The notes beneath the pieces were generated by a model. It saw nothing but the letters and a program-made list of their open reading frames with translations, made no database searches and was not told the DNA's origin. A program made the position numbers and the translations under genes. 28,980 nucleotides of DNA from a virus (taxonomy: Duplodnaviria > Caudoviricetes), in IMG/VR virus record IMGVR_UViG_3300048897_000057, positions 1 through 28,980 of that record; one strand, 5' to 3'. Shown here one piece after another: positions 15,797 to 24,320 of the stretch; the first letter of the stretch is position 1; every line of letters begins with the position of its first letter.

Positions 15797-16473
15797 TGGG
15801 GCGCGAGGATACGGTGCCGCCACCGAGACCAGACGCGAAAACGCTGGCGCGGTTGAAGATCAAATCGCAGCCAATCATCGAGCAGCACGCCCCGCGCAAG
15901 GTCCAGGAGGGCTACGACGACGCCGCGCTAGCCCGCGAGCTCGAGCGGCTGGAGCGAGAACGCGTGCTGGCGCTGTCAGCCGCCCAGGACGCCACTCGAG
16001 CGGCCGAGGCTGCCCGTGATGCCGCGCTGAAGACGGCTGCGGAGGCGCCGAGCAAAGAGCAGTGGGCCCGATTAGCGTTTAAGCTGGTCGGGGCCATTGC
16101 CGGCCTCGTAGTGGCCGCCTCCGTGGCCTTGGGCGCCTGGTCGTCAGCGCAGGGCGCGCGGATCGATCGCACGCAGGAGCGGCAGCAGACGCAGGACAAC
16201 GCCACCGGGACGGTGGTCGCGCGCGTCAAGGCACTCGAGGACTACACGGCCGCGCTCAAGGCGCACAGCGATTGCGTGGACGCCGAGCGGGATTCGGCGA
16301 TTGAGCGCGGGACCGGGCACGTCGTCGAGGGCGAGCATTCCAAGGTAATTTGGGCAGAGGAGAATCTCCCCAAGCCCAAGCCGCGCAACCTTTGGCCCGC
16401 GCCGGTCTGGCTTATCACCGTGTCGCGTGAGTGTCCGCGCGCGCCCGAGCCGCCGAAGGCGCCAATCAAATAG
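15796..16473 (+). CDS. Membrane-anchored coiled-coil protein (spanin/holin-like candidate)
   Basis: Coiled coil, central TM (LVGAIAGLVVAASVALGAW), second coiled coil, two Cys, Pro-rich end; TGATG coupled. Confidence 0.6.
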   Translation: MGREDTVPPPRPDAKTLARLKIKSQPIIEQHAPRKVQEGYDDAALARELERLERERVLALSAAQDATRAAEAARDAALKTAAEAPSKEQWARLAFKLVGAIAGLVVAASVALGAWSSAQGARIDRTQERQQTQDNATGTVVARVKALEDYTAALKAHSDCVDAERDSAIERGTGHVVEGEHSKVIWAEENLPKPKPRNLWPAPVWLITVSRECPRAPEPPKAPIK

Positions 16474-16510
16474 AGCTCTGGTCGCCTCCCGAGGCGCCCA
16501 TCAACAAGAG

Positions 16511-16549
16511 AAGGCCCCTGGTCACCGCGAGGTGGCTGGGGGCCTTTTC
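16511..16549 (+). terminator. Intrinsic terminator at the convergence of late and early arms
   Basis: AAGGCCCCTGGTCACC-GCGA-GGTGGCTGGGGGCCTT: 16-bp stem with G-U pairs and a GNRA loop, followed by T residues. Confidence 0.7.
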
Positions 16550-16842
16550 AGCATTTTGTCTCCCGCTTTCGCGCGCGCCACCCGCCTACGCTCCGACGCA
16601 AGCCGCAAGGTCTGCGCTGGCGATGGCCGACTCAGCTCCGGATACATCGCCCGCCACTTGTTCAGCGTTCGGAGATTCACGTCAAGCGCGCGGGCCGCGT
16701 GCGTCGCGTTCCAGCCCGCCGCGTCGAGCGCCTGAGTGATGATCTCGACCGCGTGCAGACGTAGGCCACAGGCGAGCTCAGCGGTCTCGGCGGTCAGGGC
16801 GAGGCAGTAGCCGAGGGCGAGCGATGTGCGTGAGCCGTTCAC
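16522..16842 (-). CDS. Fis-type helix-turn-helix protein
   Basis: IITQALDAAGWNATHAARALDVNLRTLNKW matches the Fis/NtrC C-terminal HTH pattern. Confidence 0.8.
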   Translation of the reverse strand: MNGSRTSLALGYCLALTAETAELACGLRLHAVEIITQALDAAGWNATHAARALDVNLRTLNKWRAMYPELSRPSPAQTLRLASERRRVARAKAGDKMLKRPPATSR

Positions 16843-17021
16843 GCGCGCCTCGACAGTGCGATCATCAGGTCGTCGCGCAGGCGGTCGTCGGGGTCCTGCT
16901 CGTCGGTGGCGAGCCCGAGGTCGGCTAGGTGCTGCTCGAGCTCGGAGCGGTCCATTTCGCGGATCGTTCGCGTGTCGAGCACGGGGCGGCCGAATTCTCG
17001 TCGGTTGTGTAGGGTCTGCAT
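16839..17021 (-). CDS. Hypothetical protein (60 aa)
   Basis: Strong RBS GAGGAGAACC-ATG; GTGA coupling downstream. Confidence 0.75.
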   Translation of the reverse strand: MQTLHNRREFGRPVLDTRTIREMDRSELEQHLADLGLATDEQDPDDRLRDDLMIALSRRA

Positions 17022-17088
17022 GGTTCTCCTCGGGTCACTCGCCCGCCACGGCCTCAGAGCTCGCGCTGAGAGGCCGGACGCGGGGGAG

Positions 17089-17337
17089 TCAGCGCGGGCC
17101 GAAAAACTGCTCAGCTACCCTGTCCTGCTCCTCGAGGAGTGCCCGCAAGTGCACAGCGTTGGCGCAGCGTTGCGCAGTCAGGCGATTGTGAGCGGAGTGA
17201 CCCGGCGTCTCACCGACACTGCTAAGCGCAGCGCGTTGCAAACCGTGAGGGTCGTTTTCGGCTGTCAACTCGGCGATGTCAGCCTGAGCAGCCAGCGTGG
17301 CGGTCGCCTTGATTTCGATGCCGTTGACGTTGATCAT
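17089..17337 (-). CDS. Hypothetical protein
   Basis: MINVNGIEIK...; GGAGGA upstream of the ATG. Confidence 0.65.
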   Translation of the reverse strand: MINVNGIEIKATATLAAQADIAELTAENDPHGLQRAALSSVGETPGHSAHNRLTAQRCANAVHLRALLEEQDRVAEQFFGPR

Positions 17338-17407
17338 TTTCTCACATCCTCCACGCACCCAAGCCGCGCGGCCAGTGAAGGCGGCGCGGCAGATGGGCTG
17401 GCGATGG

Positions 17408-17773
17408 TCACTTCGCTGCGTACCGCTTGATCATTTGACTCACCGCTTGCTTGGTCACACCGCAGAGCGCGGCAATTTCCGTCGACGTTCGCCCCTCGTG
17501 ATGCAGCGCGATCACGCGCTGCCGTCGTGTCTGCGTTGCCGTGACCGGGCGCTGCGATTTGGGCAGGCTGCGTCGTGGCATTGGCAGCGCTGGCTTCAGG
17601 CGCGGCGATCGGGACTCCTCTTCGATAAGAGCTTCGATCAGTCGACTTAACCCTCGCTTGCGCGACGTGGCCACATAGCCGAGCCGCATCGCAAGAGCGT
17701 CGAGCGCTCGTCGATGCTCGTCCGACAGATAGATCCACGTTACCGTCACGCCGCGGTCAGTCCACCTCGTCAC
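17408..17773 (-). CDS. DNA-binding protein: ribbon-helix-helix-like N-terminus plus C-terminal HTH
   Basis: TWIYLSDEHRRALDALA...GLSRLIEALI and RVIALHHEGRTSTEIAALCGVTKQAVSQMIKR. Confidence 0.75.
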   Translation of the reverse strand: MTRWTDRGVTVTWIYLSDEHRRALDALAMRLGYVATSRKRGLSRLIEALIEEESRSPRLKPALPMPRRSLPKSQRPVTATQTRRQRVIALHHEGRTSTEIAALCGVTKQAVSQMIKRYAAK

Positions 17774-18081
17774 GTGGCTGTGCTGTCGCTTAGCACCGCC
17801 TTGAGTGCTTCGATCGATTTGCGGGCGTGCTGGTCGTCGCCGCCGGCTTTCTCGAGGTTCCGAACACCCTCGAGCACATCCAGAGCTTCCGCCCAGTGTC
17901 CCTCGTCGATGCTCTCCAGCGCGCTCTCGTAGCCACTGTCAATCTGCTCGCCCTCACTGGCGAATTCAGCGCGCGCGGTCTCATTGTCAGCCGTGTCCGC
18001 AGCCATTTCCGAGCAAAGGCGCGAGGCCTCGCGTTGAGCCCTGATTGTTGCCAGTACCGCGTCGATTTTGCTGTTTGCCAT
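17770..18081 (-). CDS. Hypothetical acidic helical protein
   Basis: AGGAG RBS 9 nt before ATG 18081; first gene after the putative promoter. Confidence 0.75.
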   Translation of the reverse strand: MANSKIDAVLATIRAQREASRLCSEMAADTADNETARAEFASEGEQIDSGYESALESIDEGHWAEALDVLEGVRNLEKAGGDDQHARKSIEALKAVLSDSTAT

Positions 18082-18127
18082 CTGTCTCATCTCCTATCGG
18101 GTTGCCAGCTCCGTGCTGACAAGAGAC

Positions 18128-18156
18128 ACTATGCGCCCAGACGCCTAGGCGGTCCA
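18128..18156 (-). promoter_or_regulatory. Putative early promoter with palindromic operator
   Basis: TGGACC-17 bp-CATAGT on the minus strand; perfect palindrome CGCCTAGGCG (18142-18151) overlapping the spacer; small leader hairpin at about 18102-18122. Confidence 0.4.
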
Positions 18157-18236
18157 GTGCTTAGTGAGATAAATCGACAGGCCGATCGAAAAAAGATCGG
18201 GGGCCTGGTTTTCCCGCTAATCCGGGGTCTGCTGGC

Positions 18237-19052
18237 TCACTCGCCCTCGGGTGTTGGTGGCGCTGGTAGCGACATCCAGTGGGTTACCTCAGCCTCTGTG
18301 TACGATGCCGATTCGCCTAGAGCGTTTGTATCTAGTCTGTCGATCCATCGTCGAGCGAATGGCCCGCAGCTCACATCGCCAAACGCGACGAACAGAACCT
18401 GATCGCCTGGCTCCGGCATCCGCTCCCCCACCGGAATCCACGCGCCACCCCGCGCCTCCTTGAGTTTGGTGAGCAGCCTGGCGTTTTCGGCCAGCAGCTC
18501 GTTCACCTGATCACAGCTACTGGCTTCAGTGTTCCGGGACATGTCGACCGCCGTTTCGAGGAGCGCAATGTGAGCGGTGAGCCTGGCGTTTTCGGCGCGG
18601 AGGCCATCAATTGTTCGCATGTCGCATTCAACGCGTAGCGGCACATCGCGCGAGATGGCGCTGGCGCACTGCTGGTCACCGAAGCCAGCAGGCAACCCGC
18701 ACTGGTCACACAGAACCTCAGCTGCAGCCTTCAGGGCGGGCTTGCCGGGGGCGGTCACTGCGCTACCTCGTACCGCCTTCCGAGCCCGCTCAGCGGCTCG
18801 CCACATTTCGACTCGCGATTGATATTCGCGGAAGTTTTCGCCAGGCGGCGACTCGCATAGTAGTCGCGCCCCTTCCTCAAGATGCGCCCTCTCCGCCTCA
18901 CTCGTCTCGACGGCGCTTGCTCGGGTGGTGAGGGCATCAAGCACAGCGACGCTGGCAATAGCACACTCTTCCGAACCAACATCGTTCCACTCCACGTGAC
19001 ACTTCAGCCACGTGCGCACGTCGGCAAGCGTCTTGATGTCCTTAGGTCCCAT
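18237..19052 (-). CDS. DUF551-domain mosaic phage protein
   Basis: C-terminal WIPVGERMPEPG..VL...VTHWMSLPAPP; coiled-coil LxAENARL repeats. Confidence 0.8.
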   Translation of the reverse strand: MGPKDIKTLADVRTWLKCHVEWNDVGSEECAIASVAVLDALTTRASAVETSEAERAHLEEGARLLCESPPGENFREYQSRVEMWRAAERARKAVRGSAVTAPGKPALKAAAEVLCDQCGLPAGFGDQQCASAISRDVPLRVECDMRTIDGLRAENARLTAHIALLETAVDMSRNTEASSCDQVNELLAENARLLTKLKEARGGAWIPVGERMPEPGDQVLFVAFGDVSCGPFARRWIDRLDTNALGESASYTEAEVTHWMSLPAPPTPEGE

Positions 19053-19115
19053 ATAGCCGCCTTTCGAGCGAGAGCGCGCGCTCCGGCATCTCCACCCCGA
19101 GCACCTTCGGCGCGG

Positions 19116-19343
19116 TCATGGCTTCATGCCCCGAATCTTCTCGAGGACTTCACCCTTGTTCGGTGCGCGCCATGGCCAGCGGAAGTACCACTTGCCGATT
19201 TGGCCGCCTCGCGAGTCTAGGTGAAACACGCGCTGGCAAGCGTTCGCCGAGCGCCAGTGGATGCAGAGCCACGGGATGCGATCGTCGCGATCCCATTGCA
19301 CCTTTCGGTGAATCATCGGGTACGGCAAAAAGAAGCGCTTCAC
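19116..19343 (-). CDS. Hypothetical basic/aromatic protein (75 aa)
   Basis: GTG 19343 overlaps the stop of the TGT-like gene; GGGAGGG RBS. Confidence 0.6.
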   Translation of the reverse strand: MKRFFLPYPMIHRKVQWDRDDRIPWLCIHWRSANACQRVFHLDSRGGQIGKWYFRWPWRAPNKGEVLEKIRGMKP

Positions 19344-19978
19344 GGCTTGCCCTCCCCGCCCGGCGCTGGCTCTGGTGACTCGAAGCTGAGCAGGCCCTGT
19401 GACGTGATTGCCTTCATACCGTCGAGCCCCCAACGAATCCAGCGCTTCGAGAATTTGGAGAACGAGCTCCCGTCGACCGAGTCGACGCCAATCTCGTAGG
19501 CATAGCGGATGCGGCGGAGCGAGTTGACGCGCCCCATGTGCACGAGCTTGCCGCGCCGCTTGGCCTCGGTGACCAGTGAGCGAGTTTCGGCACCGAGTTT
19601 GAAGGCGTCATCGCCGCCGATGAAAAGGCAGTCCAGGCGAGCCCAGGGCGTCGCGGCGATGGTAAGTCCGTTCTGCGCTACGAGCGCTACGGGAAAACCC
19701 ATCTCGCGAATGGTCGGCTCCCATTTGTCGAACAGCGCCAGCGTTGCCGGGCAGTTACAAACAACGTCTGGCGCGGCTACCCAAAGGCAACCGGGAAGGC
19801 CGCGCACCTTGCCGAGCATCTTGAGGAAAGCCTTCTCTCGAAAGCCGGAGAATGCGCCGTTGTCGCACGCCCAAGGCTTGCCAGCGGGCTTGTTGCCGTT
19901 GCCAGGGACCAGCAGCGTGCCAAGCGAAGGGTGCTCGATTGTCGCCATGACCTTGGTTGCGCCAGAGACGAGCAGCAT
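19340..19978 (-). CDS. TGT/DpdA-like (queuine transglycosylase fold) protein, putative DNA 7-deazaguanine insertase
   Basis: WACDNGAFS, AAPDVV, ALVAQNG, LFIGG, VHMGRVNS, GVDSVDGS reproduce the ordered catalytic motif series of TGT/DpdA barrels; TGATG coupled to queC. Confidence 0.65.
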   Translation of the reverse strand: MLLVSGATKVMATIEHPSLGTLLVPGNGNKPAGKPWACDNGAFSGFREKAFLKMLGKVRGLPGCLWVAAPDVVCNCPATLALFDKWEPTIREMGFPVALVAQNGLTIAATPWARLDCLFIGGDDAFKLGAETRSLVTEAKRRGKLVHMGRVNSLRRIRYAYEIGVDSVDGSSFSKFSKRWIRWGLDGMKAITSQGLLSFESPEPAPGGEGKP

Positions 19979-20715
19979 CAATAGCCCCGTTCCCGCCCGA
20001 CATCGCCGCCGAACATCGCGGGCGCCGCGCACTTGTCTTCAAGCCCATATTCAGCGAAAGCATCGTTGCGCATCACGCACGCCGTGCACGTTCCGCACGG
20101 GCCCCTGCCAGCGTAACAGCTCCAGCTTTCTTGGATGTCCGCAAGCGCAGACGGGAAACGCTTAGCGGCGTCGCGAAGGATGTCCACCTTCGGCATGTTC
20201 ACCCAAGGTGTCATCACACCGATCTTTCGGTCGACTGCTGCGCTCAAGGCTTTGGCCGCCGCGCTCGAGAACTCTTTGCGGCAATCGGGAAAGCCGCCGG
20301 CATCCTCCAGACACGCCCCGATCACGATGTCGAGCGCGCCTTCCCACCACTGGCAGGCCCTAGAAAGCGCAAGCGACAAGAAAACCAAGTTTCGTCCGGG
20401 AACAAACGCCAGATGGAGGCCGCCAGACAACCCTTCTGAGTGGTCGGGAACGCGATCTAGAATTCCGGCATGCAGCGCATCGGCCACGGCGATCGTTTCA
20501 AACGGGATGCCATTGCGACGCGCGATTCGCCCAGCAACCGTCAGTTCAGCGTCCTGATGCGGCTGCCCATAAGCAAACGCTAGCGCCCGCACGTTCTGGT
20601 AGCGCGTCAACGCCCAGTGCAGGCAGGCCACTGAATCCATGCCCCCGCTCAGCAGCACACAGGCATTGCCGCGCATCGGGATTGCGCCAGCTTGGTCGAT
20701 GCTCATCTCGGTCAT
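19978..20715 (-). CDS. queC: 7-cyano-7-deazaguanine (preQ0) synthase
   Basis: LLSGGMDS PP-loop, FAYGQPH..EL, FVPGRN, FPDCR, WSCY...CGTCTAC zinc site. Confidence 0.93.
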   Translation of the reverse strand: MTEMSIDQAGAIPMRGNACVLLSGGMDSVACLHWALTRYQNVRALAFAYGQPHQDAELTVAGRIARRNGIPFETIAVADALHAGILDRVPDHSEGLSGGLHLAFVPGRNLVFLSLALSRACQWWEGALDIVIGACLEDAGGFPDCRKEFSSAAAKALSAAVDRKIGVMTPWVNMPKVDILRDAAKRFPSALADIQESWSCYAGRGPCGTCTACVMRNDAFAEYGLEDKCAAPAMFGGDVGRERGY

Positions 20716-22049
20716 TGGTTGCCCTCTGGTGACTCCACAGCAGGTTGATGTTCGAGTTTGAACTGAGCCGCATCGTCGGCGCGTTTTCCGCTCGCGACCA
20801 GGTAACGCATGCAGCCGTCAACAACGCCGCGAATCAAATTGCCGCACTCCTCGCGCAGCGTCTGCTCGGTTTGCATCGTGTAGTCATAGGATCCCCATTC
20901 GCCCTCTGGAATCCACCGATAACCGCGCGCGATGGCTTGCACGTGAGAGAGGCCAGCGGCTAGCCCGGACCGGTCGCGGTCGATCACGGTGCGGACCTGT
21001 TGCTCAGCGGCTGCGGCTTGCGCCATGGCGGCTTCTAGCTCGGCGGTGCGGGTGGAGAGCTTCTGTTCGGCCGCGACGCAGTCGCAGTGGTTGACGAGTG
21101 AAGAGCGCTTCCACTAATCCCGCTCGCGCTCCAGCTTTTCATTTGCGGCGGTCAGCTCGGAGACTTTGGCTTTCGTGGCCAGTAGGTCCTTTTGCTCTTC
21201 CAAGAAGTAGACTTCAAAAACGTGGAGGCGGTCTTGCTGATCGTCTCGTTCCCGTTCCAGCCGCATGCATTGCTGGACGCTGACGTGATGAGCTGATTTC
21301 TCCAGGTCGAGAGCCGCCTTCAGCGACTGGTTCGCCACCATGAGTGCTTCGTTTGCTGTGATTTGCTCAGCGAGTTTGGCGAGAGCTTCGTCACGCTCTT
21401 TGGTGCGGGCCGCTATCTCTTCACGAGCGTTAGCGCGCAGGTTGTGGTTGCGTTCTCCTAGTCGATGCGCGGCTGACTCGGCGCGCGCTGTGTCGTGGGG
21501 CTCTGCTTCAGCTCGCGCATATTCGAGGAAGCGGGCGTCGGGTGATTCGGGTTGTGGGTCGGATATCCAGGTGAAATAATGTCGGAAGTGACGCTCGGTC
21601 ATCGGCGCGCAGAACAGCGGCACATCGCGAAGCGTAACCATGCCGCGCTCAAACGAACCGACCACTGCACCTGACGGGTGGAAAGCGTGAGACCACGTCG
21701 ACCCAACCACGATTGCGCGCTCCACAGCTGGAGAGGGCGGGGCTACCCCCACGGAACCGGACGAGTCTTGCTTCGAAGCGAGCACCCGGCGCAACGTCGC
21801 AATCGCGGCATTCCGCTCGTCTCGCTTGGCCGGCTGCAGCGCTTGGTAGGCCTCCTCGCAAGCTTTCTCTAGCTCTGCGATGCGCGCCGGCGCTGCGGCC
21901 GCCCCGACCCGCACGCCAGGCCAAAACGAGTCACACCCGCAGTTCGGTGTTGTGCAGGGACCGTAGCCGTTGGCGTGGTTGCTCGCGATGTGATTGCAGA
22001 CGCAGGAGAGTACAATGTCGGAGTTCGAGGGGTTGGGTTGGGTGGTCAT
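20712..22049 (-). pseudogene. Mosaic coiled-coil phage protein interrupted by one in-frame TAG (21114-21116); may instead be two genes or a read-through product
   Basis: ORFs 21114..22049 and 20712..21026 are in the same frame; the sequence reads KLERERD*WKRSSLVNHCDCVAAEQKLSTRTAELEAAMAQ with no other stop. Confidence 0.6.
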
Positions 22050-23788
22050 TTTTCACCTCGGTCAAATAGGTCTGGGTTGGCAACGACGAATCCCGGCGAC
22101 ACAACGACAAGCTGTCGCGCCTTCAGTCGCTGCAAGTATGTGTCTCGGCTTGAGCGCTTGTAGTCGGTCGCTTCGCTGATCTTGTCTTTGGTCACCGTGC
22201 GCGGGAACGCCTGGCACACGATCGCCAAAATTCTGGACTCGCCCTCTGGTAGGCTCGACAACCAATGCTCGCGCAGGCGCGAGCCCGTTGGGAGGCGAGT
22301 AAAGTTACTGCCGAGCGCAGCGGAGCCCGCTGCCGTTGCCGTGATAGTGACGCCATTGATCGATATGGCACCGGTTGCCCTGAGTCGTTGCAGGTAAGTA
22401 TCGCGCGAACTTCGCTTGTAGCCCGTGAGCACGGAGAGCTGCTCGCGAGTGACCCCGCTGTGGTGCTGCGCGACTGCAGTTAGGATCTTGGCTTCGCCCG
22501 CGCCGAATCCAGCGGCCGAAGACACGGGCCGAGCCGGGGAAGAATCCTTCGGTGCCGTAGGCGGCTCTGCGCGGCGCGACCGCGGAGGATCCGAGTAAGG
22601 TGCCTCGTCGTACGAGTGTTTGCCTGGGTGACCGCCGGGCTTGGTGCAGCCGTCGACATAGCAATCGCGCAGAGGCGCTTCGAATGGGAGCGGCTTCGCG
22701 CCGTCCAGTTCGCCCATTGCCTGCTTCGTTGCAGTGCCGAACAGTCGCGACACCTCGCGCTCGACAGCCTCGCGCAGGCCGTTCAGCAGCCCCAGGTTGA
22801 CCACGGGCACCTCGACTCGGATCGGTTCTGATGGAAGCACTTCTGTTTCCAGCTGGGACTCGAGCTCAGCGATCCGCGCACGCAGTCGCTCCGGGTTCTC
22901 CTGCTCGTCCCGCTCGACCGCCGCCGCCATCGCCTGCTTGAGCGCGGGCATGTCGATCGCCTTGAGCGTGCGGCGACCTTCCGCGGCGTCCCCGACCTTT
23001 GGCGTCTGCGACGTGTCTTGCGTGTCGATCGGCAGGATGTGCACGACCTTGGAGATCTGGAGCCACTGCGGCGACCAGATGTGCGGCGCGCCCACCTTGA
23101 GCTTCGGCAGTAGATCGCTCAGCTTCTCGCCGAGCCCCTTGTCGCTCAGCCAATACTCGAGCGCCTTGCGTTCGTGCGGGCCCGTGAGCTGGAAGGCGAA
23201 GATGCACTCGGACTGATTGAGCGCCTTCTTGGCCACTTCTTGCGGTCGCTGCGTAATCAAAGAGAGCCCGATCCCGAAGTTGCGACCGAGCTTCGCCAAG
23301 TGTTGGAACTCGTGAAGCATGCGCTGCTCGCCCGGTTGCGGATTCTGCGGCACAAACTCCTGGCACTCCTCAAGCACGATGTGCACCGCGCTCGGCGCCG
23401 CTTTTTTGCGCTGGAATAACCGCTCCGCAAACGCCGTCGCGAACCGCGTGCGCTCGGCGTCGCGCATCTGGCTTACGTCGAGCACCATCGACGTTCCGGT
23501 GTCGACGATGAGATCTGCGACGAGCGCGCCGGACGTCGACTCGAGCGGGATGTCGCCGAAAAGGCCGCCGAGCACCGGGATATCGATCGCCTTGGGCCCG
23601 AGGCGCAAACCAGGCCACACCCCGACCGGATCCAGGATGATGACCTGCGCGCCCGCGCGGAGCATCTGCTCGACCATGCGCTTGGCGCCGTAGGTTTTGC
23701 CGCTGCCGGTGCGGCCGAGGAAGGCGAGCTTCTGAGTCACGCAGTCAAGCGGGAGTGAGAGTTCTTTGGCGATTCGAAGTTCGGTCAC
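22046..23788 (-). CDS. HerA/FtsK-superfamily (DUF87-type) ATPase with two C-terminal winged-helix repeats
   Basis: Walker A GRTGSGKT, ILDPVG, Walker B IVLEECQEF, GRNFGIG...TQRP; duplicated YKRSSRDTYLQRL. Confidence 0.85.
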   Translation of the reverse strand: MTELRIAKELSLPLDCVTQKLAFLGRTGSGKTYGAKRMVEQMLRAGAQVIILDPVGVWPGLRLGPKAIDIPVLGGLFGDIPLESTSGALVADLIVDTGTSMVLDVSQMRDAERTRFATAFAERLFQRKKAAPSAVHIVLEECQEFVPQNPQPGEQRMLHEFQHLAKLGRNFGIGLSLITQRPQEVAKKALNQSECIFAFQLTGPHERKALEYWLSDKGLGEKLSDLLPKLKVGAPHIWSPQWLQISKVVHILPIDTQDTSQTPKVGDAAEGRRTLKAIDMPALKQAMAAAVERDEQENPERLRARIAELESQLETEVLPSEPIRVEVPVVNLGLLNGLREAVEREVSRLFGTATKQAMGELDGAKPLPFEAPLRDCYVDGCTKPGGHPGKHSYDEAPYSDPPRSRRAEPPTAPKDSSPARPVSSAAGFGAGEAKILTAVAQHHSGVTREQLSVLTGYKRSSRDTYLQRLRATGAISINGVTITATAAGSAALGSNFTRLPTGSRLREHWLSSLPEGESRILAIVCQAFPRTVTKDKISEATDYKRSSRDTYLQRLKARQLVVVSPGFVVANPDLFDRGEK

Positions 23789-24129
23789 GATTCTAGGATC
23801 CTCTCAAATTCAATCCGCCCAACCATCGTCTCGGGCTTGCAGCCCATCTCGCGGCAAAACATCGCCACGAACTCGACGGGCGTCATCTCGGGAAAGCCCT
23901 CGCGCGCGCAGTCGTCCGCCGTGATCGCGTCCAGCCGCTCGCGCCGCACGTTGGTCACGCGAATCACGCCGAGCTTGTGCGCCTTCTCGCCCTTCTTCAG
24001 GCCCATGCCCTTGCGGACGGCTTGGAGGAGTGTGCCGGCGGTGAGGGTGCGCCAGCCGATGCGCCGAGTCACGAGTTTTGAGCCGTCGAGGAATTGGCGC
24101 TCGGTGAGGGCGAAGGAGATGTTTTTCAT
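23785..24129 (-). CDS. ASCH-domain protein
   Basis: ISF......LDGSK.VTRR (GxKxxTxR), VRRERLDAITADDCAREGF, RIEF. Confidence 0.85.
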   Translation of the reverse strand: MKNISFALTERQFLDGSKLVTRRIGWRTLTAGTLLQAVRKGMGLKKGEKAHKLGVIRVTNVRRERLDAITADDCAREGFPEMTPVEFVAMFCREMGCKPETMVGRIEFERILES

Positions 24130-24320
24130 TCCGCCGCCGACTCCCACGCCACCGCGAGCGCGTCTTGCAACGTCCTGACCTGCGCCTTGAGGCGCTCGTT
24201 TTCGCGCAGCAGGCGGCGCGCGGCGTCGATCGTCCGCTCTGTCGCCGATGTACAGCCGAGCAAGGCCCGGAGCTCAGCAGAGCGTTCGTGCGGGGTGCGT
24301 TTGGGCTTGGGTTTGGTCAT
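24126..24320 (-). CDS. Hypothetical coiled-coil protein (64 aa)
   Basis: ATGA coupled on both sides; LLRENERLKAQV. Confidence 0.6.
   Translation of the reverse strand: MTKPKPKRTPHERSAELRALLGCTSATERTIDAARRLLRENERLKAQVRTLQDALAVAWESAAE

Noticed and set aside
18178-18207. Inverted repeat CCGATC-GAAAAAA-GATCGG as a terminator
   Set aside because: Short stem with the A/T run in the loop rather than after it; too weak to call.
19340-20715. Type IV CBASS or QatABCD defence system (both contain QueC-like proteins)
   Set aside because: No CD-NTase, effector, TatD or QatA-type partner; the QueC is canonical in size and sits in a phage early operon.
22046-23788. Sir2-HerA or NurA-HerA system
   Set aside because: No sirtuin or nuclease gene is adjacent.
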